Origin: Bdellovibrionales bacterium
Lineage (GTDB): Bacteria; Bdellovibrionota; Bdellovibrionia; Bdellovibrionales; JAUICD01
Assembly (NCBI GenBank): GCA_965203275.1
Contig: OZ241865.1
Location: 1,888,001 to 1,952,000, forward strand
DNA: 64,000 bases
Direction of reading: 5' to 3'
This document shows positions 1-10,042 of the stretch, one piece after another; the first letter of the stretch is position 1; the number at the start of each line of letters is the position of its first letter. The notes beneath the pieces were generated by a model. That model ran no database searches, was not told the DNA's origin, and saw nothing but the letters and a program-made list of their open reading frames with translations. Made by a program: the position numbers and the translations under genes.

Positions 1-409
1 CATTCAGATTTGCTGTTCAATACTATCCCACAGATGCAAACTGATCCTGAATTTGAACCTTATATTAAAAGATATGAAGCTCTAAAAGCTCAATATACAG
101 GCATTCATACATCTATAAGCACTAAAGTCTTCTTAAGTGCATCACCATTGCCTGTTAAAGATTATGAGTCATCATTAAAAAAGTCCCTGGTTTAGTGACT
201 GATATGGAAAATATACTGCGACCACATTCAGATTTGCTGTTCAATACTATCCCACAGATGCAAACTGATCCTGAATTTGAACCTTATATTAAAAGATATG
301 AAGCTCTAAAAGCTCAATATACAGGCATTCATACATCTATAAGCACTAAAGTCTTCTTAAGTGCATCACCATTGCCTGTTAAAGATTATGAGTCATCATT
401 AAAAAAGTC
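1..409 (+). repeat. Tandem duplication, period 224 bp, in the 5' part of the HExxH gene
   Basis: 1-185 is identical to 225-409. The left copy runs off the window edge. Confidence 0.9.
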
Positions 410-833
410 TGCATTTTGTGTGTTACCACTTGATATAATTATAGTAGATCGAGATACTTGGGAACACTACCAAGATGAAGTCAGACAATTTATATTATTC
501 CATGAATTAGGACACTGCGACTTAGATCAAGGTCATAATTCTAATCACATTATGGACACTTATAAAAGCAATCTTGATAAACCTGCCGTAATTAGAGAGA
601 CAATAGATTGGGATCCACTTTATGAAGAATTTTTTTCAATGAAAGATACAAACGCTTCCACCATAATAATATGTCACGAAGGTAATTTTGAAATGTTTGA
701 TGCTTATAGCTTAGCAGAAATTAAGAGGCGTGTTTCTACTGATGATCAACTACAACGCTGTGAATCGAAAGAAGATTTCTTAAACAAATACAATCAACTT
801 CCCATAGTATTGAGGCATTTTCTAATCGAATAG
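195..833 (+). CDS. Putative zinc metallopeptidase (HExxH), start uncertain
   Basis: FHELGHCDLDQGH zincin-like motif. Confidence 0.6.
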   Translation: MTDMENILRPHSDLLFNTIPQMQTDPEFEPYIKRYEALKAQYTGIHTSISTKVFLSASPLPVKDYESSLKKSAFCVLPLDIIIVDRDTWEHYQDEVRQFILFHELGHCDLDQGHNSNHIMDTYKSNLDKPAVIRETIDWDPLYEEFFSMKDTNASTIIICHEGNFEMFDAYSLAEIKRRVSTDDQLQRCESKEDFLNKYNQLPIVLRHFLIE

Positions 834-944
834 GAACGACAGAAGACTTGACGAGCTAGAAAAGAAGTCCTTAATATTGTGGTGTGACATCAATAAAACA
901 TAAAATTTATGAGTGGGAGGCGGGGGCAGGCTGAAAGAGTTGGC

Positions 945-982
945 TCACTAAAAGTAGCCAGAGGCTAGACCACTTTTAGTGA
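945..982. repeat. Internally deleted copy of the structured 3WJ element
   Basis: tcactaaaagtagccagaggctagaccacttttagtga keeps the P1 ends and the AGA-loop hairpin. Confidence 0.75.
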
Positions 983-1114
983 AAGAGAGGTGTGGTTCAT
1001 TTCAAGTGCAAAAGACGGCATGATTTATTTTGAGTGAAATGTTATAGCCTCAGAATATCTATCTGTTTTGCCATGTCATCATTTTTTCCAGTAACAGTAA
1101 CAGAAGTAACCGAT

Positions 1115-1366
1115 TCAGTTAGCTACAGAAATACGAAGATGTTTTTTATTCATTCGTTCAAATAAGACAATACCAGGTGATTTTGCAAAAATGGTGTGAT
1201 CCCTGCCAAGTCCGACATTTCTTCCAGGGTGAAATTGAGTCCCTCTTTGACGAACAATAATCATCCCTGGTTTAACCTTCTGCCCGCCAAATATCTTAAC
1301 ACCTAGCCTCTGACTATGGCTATCTCGTCCGTTTTTGGTACTTCCACCTGCTTTTTTTGATGCCAT
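1115..1366 (-). CDS. rpmA: 50S ribosomal protein L27
   Basis: [16 protein letters not shown]...RLGVK...RQRGT. Confidence 0.98.
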   Translation of the reverse strand: MASKKAGGSTKNGRDSHSQRLGVKIFGGQKVKPGMIIVRQRGTQFHPGRNVGLGRDHTIFAKSPGIVLFERMNKKHLRISVAN

Positions 1367-1378
1367 ATTATATCCTTT

Positions 1379-1720
1379 TTAAGGTGTGATAATTTGATTG
1401 ATCTCAAGCTCTGTAAATGCTTGTCTGTGGCCTTTGAGTCTTCTATGTCTTTTCCTACGTTGTTTTTTGAAGACTAAAATCTTTTTATCCTTACCATGCC
1501 TCCTTACTGTGACCTCTACCTTTGCATGTTGCACAAAAGGATCTCCAAAAAGAGGATTATCGCCTCCAATAGCTAGAACTTCTGTGATTTCAAATTGACT
1601 CCCAGGAGTTTTGTCGATTTTAGCAACCCGCAAATGTTGACCAGGACTGACATGGTACTGCTTACCACCAGATTGGATGATTGCTTTTATAAGAGGTTTT
1701 TGAGAAACTTCAGTTGGCAT
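1379..1720 (-). CDS. rplU: 50S ribosomal protein L21
   Basis: AIIQSGGKQY...KGHRQ, upstream of rpmA. Confidence 0.97.
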   Translation of the reverse strand: MPTEVSQKPLIKAIIQSGGKQYHVSPGQHLRVAKIDKTPGSQFEITEVLAIGGDNPLFGDPFVQHAKVEVTVRRHGKDKKILVFKKQRRKRHRRLKGHRQAFTELEINQIITP

Positions 1721-1835
1721 TATAAAATTCCTTCTTTAAACTTTTAAAATAAATATATAATCAAAATAAGTCAAATATTTTTTTTACGCAAAATAAACAC
1801 ATAAATTAAACTCAGCATAGATTAGGAGAAATCTC

Positions 1836-2423
1836 ATGTGGCTTATTGTAGGTTTAGGCAATCCAGGTCAAAAGTATCAAAGAACCAGACATAACATAGG
1901 GTTTATGTTCCTTGATCATTGGAAAGACAAACTTCTACCTCAAGGGCAACAGGTTAGTAAAAAAGAAGCACAATCTCAAACATATCATGTCAAAATTAAA
2001 GGACAATCTGTTATTTTATGCCAACCTTTAACTTATATGAACCTTTCAGGGTTTGCAGTTCAACCTCTTATGCAATTTTATAAAATTCCTTTAACACATT
2101 TATTGGTCATCCATGATGAGATGGATTTGCCTTTTGGGAGCCTTAAATTTCATAAGAATAGAGGATCTGCCTCTCACAATGGAGTTCAACATATACACAA
2201 TCAGTTAGGAAGTAAAAATTATATGAGAGTAAGGGTTGGGATTGGCAAAGTACAAGCTACTATGGGGAAAGGACATGTCTTAAGTCATTTTTCTCAGGAA
2301 GAACAAAAGCACTTAACCGCTCTGATGGATTGGATGAGAGAAGGTATTGAAGGGCTTTTTGATAAAGGATTTGAAAAGGTAGCCAATGAGTACAATGGGG
2401 CTTTCTTAATGAATGCTACTTGA
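1836..2423 (+). CDS. pth: Peptidyl-tRNA hydrolase
   Basis: LIVGLGNPG, TRHNIGF, TYMNLSG, HDEMD, HNG motifs. Confidence 0.97.
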   Translation: MWLIVGLGNPGQKYQRTRHNIGFMFLDHWKDKLLPQGQQVSKKEAQSQTYHVKIKGQSVILCQPLTYMNLSGFAVQPLMQFYKIPLTHLLVIHDEMDLPFGSLKFHKNRGSASHNGVQHIHNQLGSKNYMRVRVGIGKVQATMGKGHVLSHFSQEEQKHLTALMDWMREGIEGLFDKGFEKVANEYNGAFLMNAT

Positions 2424-2455
2424 AAATCACCTTAAAATAAAAGTCATTTTAATAT

Positions 2456-2881
2456 TCAAGAGACAGCTTCTGGATTGTTAAAGCAAAGCAGAATAGGAAA
2501 ACGATTTGCATTCATATCATTTTGTATGGCATCTTCAGAGGAACAATAATTAAATAAATCTTGTTTATTAAATTCTTCTGGATCACAATTTGAAGGGTTT
2601 TTAGAACACATTTTAATTAGAAAATCTGCGTCATAGCTCGCTTCTTGTCCATCAGATAAAGCGAAAGTAAATTCTTCTGTGGCTTCTAGCCCTCTTTCAA
2701 CATATTCTTGGCAAAAATAAGTGATAAAAGAGACATCTAAGGCAATGCAATCTACAGGATTAGATGAAGATGAATCGTTGAGTGATGCAAGTTCCTCTGG
2801 AGATTTCATTGTGATACAGTTCTGTCCTAGAATTAATAAACAAAACAATAATAAAGCACATGTAAAATATCTGTAAACCAT
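2456..2881 (-). CDS. Cys-rich hypothetical lipoprotein
   Basis: Hydrophobic N-terminus ending GQNC, multiple Cys. Confidence 0.6.
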   Translation of the reverse strand: MVYRYFTCALLLFCLLILGQNCITMKSPEELASLNDSSSSNPVDCIALDVSFITYFCQEYVERGLEATEEFTFALSDGQEASYDADFLIKMCSKNPSNCDPEEFNKQDLFNYCSSEDAIQNDMNANRFPILLCFNNPEAVS

Positions 2882-3040
2882 AATTCTTTATCGGCTTGAA
2901 AGTGTAATGACTTTATATTTGATTTAGGATGTTTTAATAAATAATACTCTAAATTCTAATAATTTATGGTTATAATGCATTTATAATGCTTTAAAAAGGC
3001 TATTTTGGGTTATTTTGACTTTCAGTTAGATCAATTTCAT

Positions 3041-3069
3041 CCGGGATCCGGGATCCGGGATCCGGGATC
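3041..3069 (+). repeat. Heptamer run (CCGGGAT)x4
   Basis: ccgggatccgggatccgggatccgggatc. Degenerate versions near 7141, 7238, 17447, 17931, 26476 and 54860. Confidence 0.9.
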
Positions 3070-3084
3070 AGAAGGGAACTTTTT

Positions 3085-3653
3085 CCTTAACATGGGGTTA
3101 AAAGACGAAGATATCCTCCTTACTAAAAGTAAACGGACTTTTGAGACATTGCTCTTTTTAGACAGCGTAAGCTGTCAGAGCAATGTCCAAAAGTGACCAG
3201 AGGTCAGTTTACTTTTAGTGAGACAAACCCTTAACATGGGGTTAAAAGACGAAGATATCCTCCCTACTAAAAGTAAACGGACTTTTGAGACATTGCTCTT
3301 TTTAGACAGCGTAAGCTGTCAGAGCAATGTCCAAAAGTGACCAGAGGTCAGTTTACTTTTAGTGAGACAAACCCTTAACATGGAGTTAAAAGACGAAGAT
3401 ATCCTCCTTACTAAAAGTAAACGGACTTTTGAGACATTGCTCTTTTTAGACAGCGTAAGCTGTCAGAGCAATGTCCAAAAGTGACCAGAGGTCAGTTTAC
3501 TTTTAGTGAGACAAACCCTTAACATGTAGTTAAGAGATGAGGAGATCCTCCCTACTAAAAGTAAACGGACTTTTGAGACATTGCTCTTTTTAGACAGCGT
3601 AAGCTGTCAGAGCAATGTCCAAAAGCAACCAGAGGTTGGTTTACTTTTAGTGA
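3085..3653 (+). repeat. Tandem array of four 144-bp units (leader plus structured 3WJ element)
   Basis: actaaaagtaaac at 3122, 3266, 3410 and 3554. Each unit has nested inverted repeats. Confidence 0.95.
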
Positions 3654-3660
3654 AAATGAC

Positions 3661-3941
3661 GAAGATCATCGAAATTAGATAATAAAAGGTCCGAAAATAG
3701 AAGGCCCAAATGTAATAATATCTACAACAAAGAATATATATAGAGTGTTATGCAGTGCATTTCTGACCGATCGCCTCAAAATTGACCTTCCCTTTCTCTG
3801 AAAAAAGCTTGACCTGGTGGATTTACAAAGTGAAGTAATGATAGATTCAAGGAAAGGAAATTTTGAGGGAAACAACTCACGTATTTCTAAAAAAGGTACG
3901 TATGGGTAACCGAAGATCATCGAAGTTAGATAATAAAAGGT
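3661..3941. repeat. ~250-280 bp dispersed repeat with ~30-bp terminal direct repeats, copy 1
   Basis: gaagatcatcgaaRttagataataaaaggt at 3661 and 3912. Homologous to 7441-7690 and partly to 25004-25140. Confidence 0.85.
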
Positions 3942-3943
3942 AC

Positions 3944-5203
3944 TTACTTAGGAAAAAGCCCTCTTTGTGACATAGCTTTTTGAAAGCGTTCAAGAGCAAG
4001 GGCTATGGCAGCCTCTCTTAAGGAATATTGCCTTTCTTGAGCATGTACCCATGTTCTGTTAAAAGCAGATGAGATAATAAACTTAAGTCTTTCATTAATT
4101 TGTCTGATAGTCCAAAAATAAGAAGCAATGCCTTGAACCCACTCAAAGTAAGACACAATCACACCCCCTCCATTAGCTAAAATATCAGGTATAACCTCAA
4201 TCCCTTTCTCTTTTAATATCATATCAGCATCTTGAGTGATAGGTCCATTGGCTCCTTCAATAATAATCTTAGCTTGCACTCCTGTAGCATTGTCTTTATG
4301 AATGACTCTGTCCAATGCAGCTAACAATAGAGCATCACATTTCAGTTTTAAAAGCTCCTCATTTGAAATAGATTCTCCATGAGTAAAGCCTGATAAGGTT
4401 TTATTTTTTTGGTAGTATTCTATCAGTTGAGGAACATTTAAACCACCTTTATTGTAAACACCTCCATAGACATCACTGACTGCAATCACTTGCATTTCTC
4501 TTTCAAAAGCTGATAGAGCTGCATGGCTACCAACATTTCCAAATCCTTGAATAGCCAGTTGACAACCGCTAGGATTTATTTGTAGCTTTTGGTACATTTC
4601 TTTCAAGCAGTAAATTGTTCCTAAGCCTGTAGCACTTGTTCTTCCAAGTGAACCGCCAATCTCAATAGGTTTGCCAGTCACTACTCCAGGGATAGAAAAT
4701 CCCTCACGTTGAGAGTATGTATCCATAATCCAAGCCATGATCTGTTCGTTTGTTCCCACATCAGGTGCAGGGATATCTCTCTCAGGTCCTATGAACCTAT
4801 GTAGCTCTGTGGCGTATCTTCTTGTCAAAGTTTGCAGTTCAACAGGAGAAAGCTTATTGGGGTCTACAGCAATACCTCCCTTAGATCCACCTAGTGGAAG
4901 GCATAAAAGAGCATTCTTTAATGACATCAACATTGCAAGAGCTGCCACTTCACTGAGAGTCACAGAAGGATGAAAACGAATACCTCCCTTACAAGGTCCT
5001 AGGGTGTAGTTATGCTGCACACGGTAACCATCAAAAACAACCACTTGGTCATTATCCATGCGTACAGGGACACTAACAATAATAGACCTTTTGGGTTTTA
5101 AAATGCGAACCAAAATATTCTCGTCAATGTCTATTTGACCAGCAACACCACGTAAAACTTTGGTGATATTTTTATAAAGAGGACCTTCAATTATGCTTTT
5201 CAT
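3944..5203 (-). CDS. gdhA: Glu/Leu/Phe/Val (glutamate) dehydrogenase
   Basis: GPCKGGIRFHP, GGSKGG, DIPAPDVGT, QGFGNVG, EGANGP. Confidence 0.95.
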   Translation of the reverse strand: MKSIIEGPLYKNITKVLRGVAGQIDIDENILVRILKPKRSIIVSVPVRMDNDQVVVFDGYRVQHNYTLGPCKGGIRFHPSVTLSEVAALAMLMSLKNALLCLPLGGSKGGIAVDPNKLSPVELQTLTRRYATELHRFIGPERDIPAPDVGTNEQIMAWIMDTYSQREGFSIPGVVTGKPIEIGGSLGRTSATGLGTIYCLKEMYQKLQINPSGCQLAIQGFGNVGSHAALSAFEREMQVIAVSDVYGGVYNKGGLNVPQLIEYYQKNKTLSGFTHGESISNEELLKLKCDALLLAALDRVIHKDNATGVQAKIIIEGANGPITQDADMILKEKGIEVIPDILANGGGVIVSYFEWVQGIASYFWTIRQINERLKFIISSAFNRTWVHAQERQYSLREAAIALALERFQKAMSQRGLFPK

Positions 5204-5487
5204 TTTATATTTAATCCTATTATGATTAATAGTACCTGATATTTGTATGTGATGGCAACACGAATGGTAAAAATTTCAAAAAAATTGTAATATTTTCATA
5301 GTTGAATAAGAAAAACATAATTGATTTTCTAAAAAAGTTCTTCTTCAAAAGCCTTCTTTAAAGATACTCCTGTAAAAATAAACACAATATTTTAAAAAAT
5401 GGCATTCTTGTTGCAACTTTTAATAAAATATTAATAACATAATTGTTTACTGCTAAGGCCAAAGCCTAAAGATAAAAGGAGCTATAT

Positions 5488-6423
5488 ATGCATATTATTA
5501 TAAAGTACAGTTTAGTTTTTGTTTTTTTATGTATTCCTCAAATAGGCATATCTCAAATGCAAACCTCTCATGTTATGCAAGCTGAGGAATCTTTTGACGA
5601 TTTTTTTTACAGGATATTAGACCCTATTGTGCAAAGTCGTTATAGAGGTCAATATAGATTATCTAAATTATTTCTTATAAATAGTTCAAAAGATATTCAC
5701 CAGGGCTTAACTCACCAGGGCATACAAGCATCACTAAACAATCGCAATGTTGCTTTGCATTATACTTTGGTTCATAAGAAGGGGTGGGATGTACCCAAGC
5801 ATATACCCAGAGCTTTAAACCACGTTTGTGACTTACATACCTATAATAATGAACAAACAGATTATTTAGAAATATCATTAGATAACTGTTCTGATCTTCC
5901 TCAAAATGTCAATGGGGATTTAGGAGATTGGATGGGCTTATTTAGAGACTATCGTCGTCAACAAGTTGTGGCCAATGGCCTTATACCTTTGACTTATATC
6001 TTTGTAGAAATTTTAAACAGAGGTGATACCGAAGAAAAAATTCATGTATTTAGAAAGAACTTTATTTCAACAGAAGATCAAGGCAAGTTAAAGACAGCTA
6101 TAGAAAATGGAAGACTTATCTTTAAAAATGACACCCTTGAATTGCTGGTGATAGCACTTGAATATAAAGAATACGAGATAGCTAAAATACTTGTTGAAGC
6201 TCTTATAGAAACAAATATTGATATACAAAATTATGAAATAGGATCTTCATTAGCTCGTTATTTATCCTATCCTGCACATTTAACTTTGTTAGATCTGATT
6301 CAGATCTATTTGTTTGATTATTATACTTATATAGATGATGTTGATTTTGAATATCAAAAATCTCTATTAGAGTCAGCTATTTACGACCTGCTCTATATGC
6401 GGAGATTGCTGACAGGCCAGTAA
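5488..6423 (+). CDS. Hypothetical secreted protein
   Basis: RBS aaggag, signal-peptide-like N-terminus, 311 aa. Confidence 0.7.
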   Translation: MHIIIKYSLVFVFLCIPQIGISQMQTSHVMQAEESFDDFFYRILDPIVQSRYRGQYRLSKLFLINSSKDIHQGLTHQGIQASLNNRNVALHYTLVHKKGWDVPKHIPRALNHVCDLHTYNNEQTDYLEISLDNCSDLPQNVNGDLGDWMGLFRDYRRQQVVANGLIPLTYIFVEILNRGDTEEKIHVFRKNFISTEDQGKLKTAIENGRLIFKNDTLELLVIALEYKEYEIAKILVEALIETNIDIQNYEIGSSLARYLSYPAHLTLLDLIQIYLFDYYTYIDDVDFEYQKSLLESAIYDLLYMRRLLTGQ

Positions 6424-6432
6424 TTATAATGT

Positions 6433-7089
6433 TTGGAGGTGTTTATGAAATTTTTTAAAATAATTTTTATCATTTGTTTGATGAATGCTTTTTTGAGTAT
6501 TCATGCTAAGGGACAAAGTCTAAGTGGAATGGAAGCAACTAAGAGACTAAGAGCTTTGTTGATCCCTATAAAAAACAAAATTTATGCCCAAAGTCCGATG
6601 GAGTGGAATCATTATACTTCTTTGATTTGCCTTAGTGACCCCAACCCCATTGGAGTCCTAAACACAACTTTTTATTCATATAGTTTTGATAGGGAGTCTT
6701 GTTTTTGGACTTCAGGCCAAGTACTTACATATTATAAGGCGGATAGCTTTTATATAAAAACTCAAGGAGATAATCCAAAGGTCGATGCTCTTAATAGCAA
6801 TTCTCAATTCTATGGGTATTCTTTTAGAGATTTTAAAGATAACAATAAAAAATGGATTGAAGAATTAGCTACTCAGCTTATAGTTCATAAATTATGGTAC
6901 GGTTCTTTTCAACATGTTGCTCAAGAGCAATCCAAAGAGTTTTATTATGATCATGATCCAAAGGAACTTGGCAGAGAGTGTAGAGATATTTCTGACCATT
7001 TTGAAATCAATCCAGATACTTCTTCAGATATAGAAAGTATTTCTATTTGTCTGACATTACAGCCAGTGGGACAGCCTATTCGTCGATAA
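6433..7089 (+). CDS. Hypothetical secreted protein (probable start at ATG 6445)
   Basis: ggagg RBS before MKFFKIIFII signal peptide. Confidence 0.7.
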   Translation: MEVFMKFFKIIFIICLMNAFLSIHAKGQSLSGMEATKRLRALLIPIKNKIYAQSPMEWNHYTSLICLSDPNPIGVLNTTFYSYSFDRESCFWTSGQVLTYYKADSFYIKTQGDNPKVDALNSNSQFYGYSFRDFKDNNKKWIEELATQLIVHKLWYGSFQHVAQEQSKEFYYDHDPKELGRECRDISDHFEINPDTSSDIESISICLTLQPVGQPIRR

Positions 7090-7140
7090 TAGTTGTTAAT
7101 GGTGGTCTACCTTCTTTTTCTTCCTTTACAGGGTGTTTCT

Positions 7141-7434
7141 CCGGGATCTTAGATCCGGCAACCCGGCATCAGATCCCGGGATGCCTGCTTGCTGGATCCC
7201 GGGAGCGAATGTCTTGTTTCCTTAACATCATATTTATCTGGGATCTGGGATCTGGCAACCCGGCATCAAAAGGAAAAGGTGTAAGAAGGAACTGTTTCCT
7301 TAACATTGTGTAAAAAAACGAAGGGATCCTCTCTACTAAAAGTGGTCAAGCTTTCTAGGTTGCCAGCATTTGAGAAGGCGGTAGCCTTCGGCTGGCAACC
7401 AGAAAGTGACCAGAGGTCAGACCACTTTTAGTGA
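7141..7434 (+). repeat. Mosaic cluster: heptamer runs plus structured 3WJ element (7298-7434)
   Basis: GATCCGG-like runs, ccttaacat leader, actaaaagtggtc...gaccacttttagtga. Confidence 0.9.
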
Positions 7435-7440
7435 AAAAAA

Positions 7441-7690
7441 TTAGATAATAAAAGGTCCATAATGATATATACAACAAAGAGTATATATATGGTGTTATGT
7501 AGTGAATCTCTAGCCGATCTCCTCAAAGTTGACCTTCCATTTCTCTGAAATAGGTTTGATCTGGTGGATTTACGAAGTGAGATAATAATAGATTCAAGGA
7601 AGGGAAACTTTGAGGGAATCAATGCACGTATCTCTGAAGAAGGTACGTATGGGTAACCGAAGATCATCGAAGTTAGATAATAAAAGGTCC
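7441..7690. repeat. ~250-bp dispersed repeat, copy 2
   Basis: Colinear similarity to 3661-3941, flanked by ttagataataaaaggtcc. Confidence 0.85.
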
Positions 7691-7697
7691 AAAATAA

Positions 7698-7973
7698 CTA
7701 TTCCCAATGAAAGGGTTGGGGTGAGATGGATGTTGGCCTTCCAAAAGTAGAGTAAGCTGTAGTACCGATAGGCAAAAGTCCTAAGATGCGTGCTTTTTTA
7801 ATAGCTTTTTTCAAGTGTCTTTGTTGAAAGTGACTTAATTTGGTGATCCGAGCAGGTGTGATCTTAGCTCCTTCAGACAGAAACTTACTTAATGATAGAG
7901 GGTCTTTATAGTCAAAAATATGAGAAGAAGGATAATCTAATCGATATTTTGAACGAATATTCTTTTTTAACAT
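7698..7973 (-). CDS. rpsR: 30S ribosomal protein S18
   Basis: [21 protein letters not shown]...[18 protein letters not shown]. Confidence 0.93.
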   Translation of the reverse strand: MLKKNIRSKYRLDYPSSHIFDYKDPLSLSKFLSEGAKITPARITKLSHFQQRHLKKAIKKARILGLLPIGTTAYSTFGRPTSISPQPFHWE

Positions 7974-8135
7974 AATAGCTCCTTTTTTTGATTTTATTGT
8001 TTATTTTATGGCTTATCATAAAAAAAATCAAAAATAAACAAAAAAATCATTGCTTATAAGACTGTTTTTTTATAAAAAAATATCAAATCATTTTTGTAAA
8101 ACTGATATAGTAATATCTTAAAAAGGAGGTTTTTT

Positions 8136-8417
8136 ATGTCTATATGTGAACTCACAAATAAAAAACCAGCAGTGACCAATCTGGTAAGTCATTCTAATAT
8201 CAAAACCAAATCACGGAGCAAACCCAATATCCAAAACAAAAGGCTTTATAGCCATGCATTGAAAAAGAGCTTTACTTTCCGTATTGCTATGAGTACGCTC
8301 CGCACTATAGAGCATAAGGGAGGACTTGATGCTTTTATTTTAAAGCAATCCCCTTCTTTGCTCTCTCAGAGGGCTACATTTATTCAAAAAAAAATTAAAA
8401 AAAAACTAGGGCTTTAA
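8136..8417 (+). CDS. rpmB: 50S ribosomal protein L28
   Basis: CELTNKK...NLVSHSNIKTK...PNIQ...LRTIEHKGGLD. Confidence 0.95.
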   Translation: MSICELTNKKPAVTNLVSHSNIKTKSRSKPNIQNKRLYSHALKKSFTFRIAMSTLRTIEHKGGLDAFILKQSPSLLSQRATFIQKKIKKKLGL

Positions 8418-8449
8418 AACATAAACAAATTTAAAAGGAGTCACAGAAC

Positions 8450-8791
8450 ATGAGTACATTGAATATAGACAAAAATACATTGAATCGTCACCTTCATATT
8501 CGAAAAGGTATGATGGCTACAGTGATCACAGGCAGTGATAAAGGCAAAAGTGGACGTATCTTAGATATTCAATACAAACATCAGCAAATTAAGGTAAAGG
8601 TTCAGGGTGTCTGTTTACAAAAAAGGCATCATAAACAAGGAGGAATAAAATCTCAAGAAGGCTTTATTGATTACTCAAATGTGAAAGTTGATCGTCAATC
8701 TCGACAGCTAAAATCTTCTCAAAATCAAAAGACAACAAAAGCAGAGGACAAAAAAGCTACACAAAGTGCTAGTAGTGATGGGGATGTATGA
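8450..8791 (+). CDS. rplX: 50S ribosomal protein L24 (KOW), outside the spc operon
   Basis: HIRKG...VITGSDKGKSG...GGI...EGFIDYSNV. Confidence 0.85.
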   Translation: MSTLNIDKNTLNRHLHIRKGMMATVITGSDKGKSGRILDIQYKHQQIKVKVQGVCLQKRHHKQGGIKSQEGFIDYSNVKVDRQSRQLKSSQNQKTTKAEDKKATQSASSDGDV

Positions 8792-9720
8792 AAAACCTCG
8801 CTTTGGAATTTGTCAAAGTTACAGAAGCAGCAGCCTCTGCTTCTGCCCAATTTATAGGTCGAGGAGATTCTGTGCAAGCAGATCAGGTAGCTGTAAATGC
8901 TATGCGAGAAGCTTTTAATTCTGTAGATATAGATGGGGTGATTGTCATAGGTGAAGGAGAGCGTGATCAAGCTCCCATGCTCTTTATTGGTGAAAAAGTA
9001 GGCCAGAGGAAAAAGGGCAGTCCTCAGCTGGACATTGCCGTAGACCCGCTTGAGGGAACATCCATTTGTGCTAACGCAGGTTATGGAGCCTTGTCTGTAT
9101 TAGCTGTAGCTCTAAGAGGACATCTCTTACATGCACCAGATACTTATATGGATAAGATTGCTGTGGGTCCCATAGCTACTGATGTGATTGATATTACAAA
9201 ATCTCCGACAGAAAATATTCAGGCTGTGGCAGAAGTCCAAGGAAAATCTGTTGATCATATAAGGGTGGTTATTTTAGATCGACCTCGTCATAAGGACCTT
9301 ATAGCAGAAGTCAGGAAAACAGGTGCTACTGTACAGTTAATTGGTGATGGGGATGTGTCTGCTGCTATTATGACAGCACAGAGCTGTGGAGTAGACTTGC
9401 TTTTAGGTATTGGGGGAGCTCCTGAAGGAGTTTTAGCTGCTACTGCTTTAAAATGCCTAGGTGGTAATTTTCAAGGGCAATTGAAATATCGCAATGCTCA
9501 AGAAAGAGAACGTACAATCGCTATGGGTTTGAAAGACCCTGATCAAATTTTAAAATTAGATGACCTAGCATCAGGAGATGTGATGTTTGTGGCAACAGGT
9601 GTGACTCATGGTCCTTTGTTAGAAGGGGTCATCTTTGCTGATCACCAATATTTGACAATGTCTTCTATGATCATTGACTCTGATTCGACTCGTTATCTCT
9701 TAACGACACGTCAAGTGTAA
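8788..9720 (+). CDS. glpX: Class II fructose-1,6-bisphosphatase
   Basis: VIGEGERDQAPML, DIAVDPLEGT, LDRPRH, GIGGAPEGV. Confidence 0.96.
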   Translation: MKNLALEFVKVTEAAASASAQFIGRGDSVQADQVAVNAMREAFNSVDIDGVIVIGEGERDQAPMLFIGEKVGQRKKGSPQLDIAVDPLEGTSICANAGYGALSVLAVALRGHLLHAPDTYMDKIAVGPIATDVIDITKSPTENIQAVAEVQGKSVDHIRVVILDRPRHKDLIAEVRKTGATVQLIGDGDVSAAIMTAQSCGVDLLLGIGGAPEGVLAATALKCLGGNFQGQLKYRNAQERERTIAMGLKDPDQILKLDDLASGDVMFVATGVTHGPLLEGVIFADHQYLTMSSMIIDSDSTRYLLTTRQV

Positions 9721-9741
9721 AGTGATTGATGTTATAAGAAA

Positions 9742-10024
9742 CTATCTATGATGAAAGGCTAACTCTTTAGGGCTAAACTTATTGATATAATTGACAGCAA
9801 GTTTTTCTTCCTGAGTTTTAGCTACAGTTTGCTCCCCTCTCATAATGAAATGTTGAAAGCTTACATTTTCTTGATATGCTAAGCGAATACTCCCTTTATA
9901 GTAATTTGATTGAGAGGTTAAGTTGACTAAATAACTTCTACCATCCTTTAAAATCACCTTTGTATAAAGACTTTCACCTTCTAACAAGTCGACACCATGC
10001 ACTTCTAGGTCTGCCATGATCATT
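9742..10024 (-). CDS. Hypothetical protein; the called 5' extension lies inside the IS end
   Basis: ORF 9742-10077 begins within the IS1634 left end, so the native start is probably near 10024/10018. Confidence 0.5.
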
Positions 10025-10042
10025 TCACCGCGGAATTTTGTA

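Noticed and set aside
1398..1598. Antisense or shadow ORFs (e.g. 1398, 4737, 8725, 28045, 30643, 54070, 62711)
   Set aside because: They overlap confident genes on the opposite strand or in another frame and lack recognisable motifs.
3005..3196. Small ORFs at 3005, 7047, 26419, 26823 and 26855
   Set aside because: They are translations of repeat elements without coding signals.
3122..3221. Integron attC sites as the identity of the 3WJ element
   Set aside because: RYYYAAC/GTTRRRY ends are not conserved (some variants have ggtc/gacc), the fold is branched, and no integron integrase is present.
3085..3653. CRISPR array
   Set aside because: Units are near-identical along their whole length, with no unique spacers, and no cas genes are present.
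7335..7434. tRNA, or hammerhead or another known ribozyme, as the identity of the structured element
   Set aside because: No T-loop, anticodon arm or CCA, and no CUGANGA/GAAA core. Other classes cannot be excluded without a covariance search.
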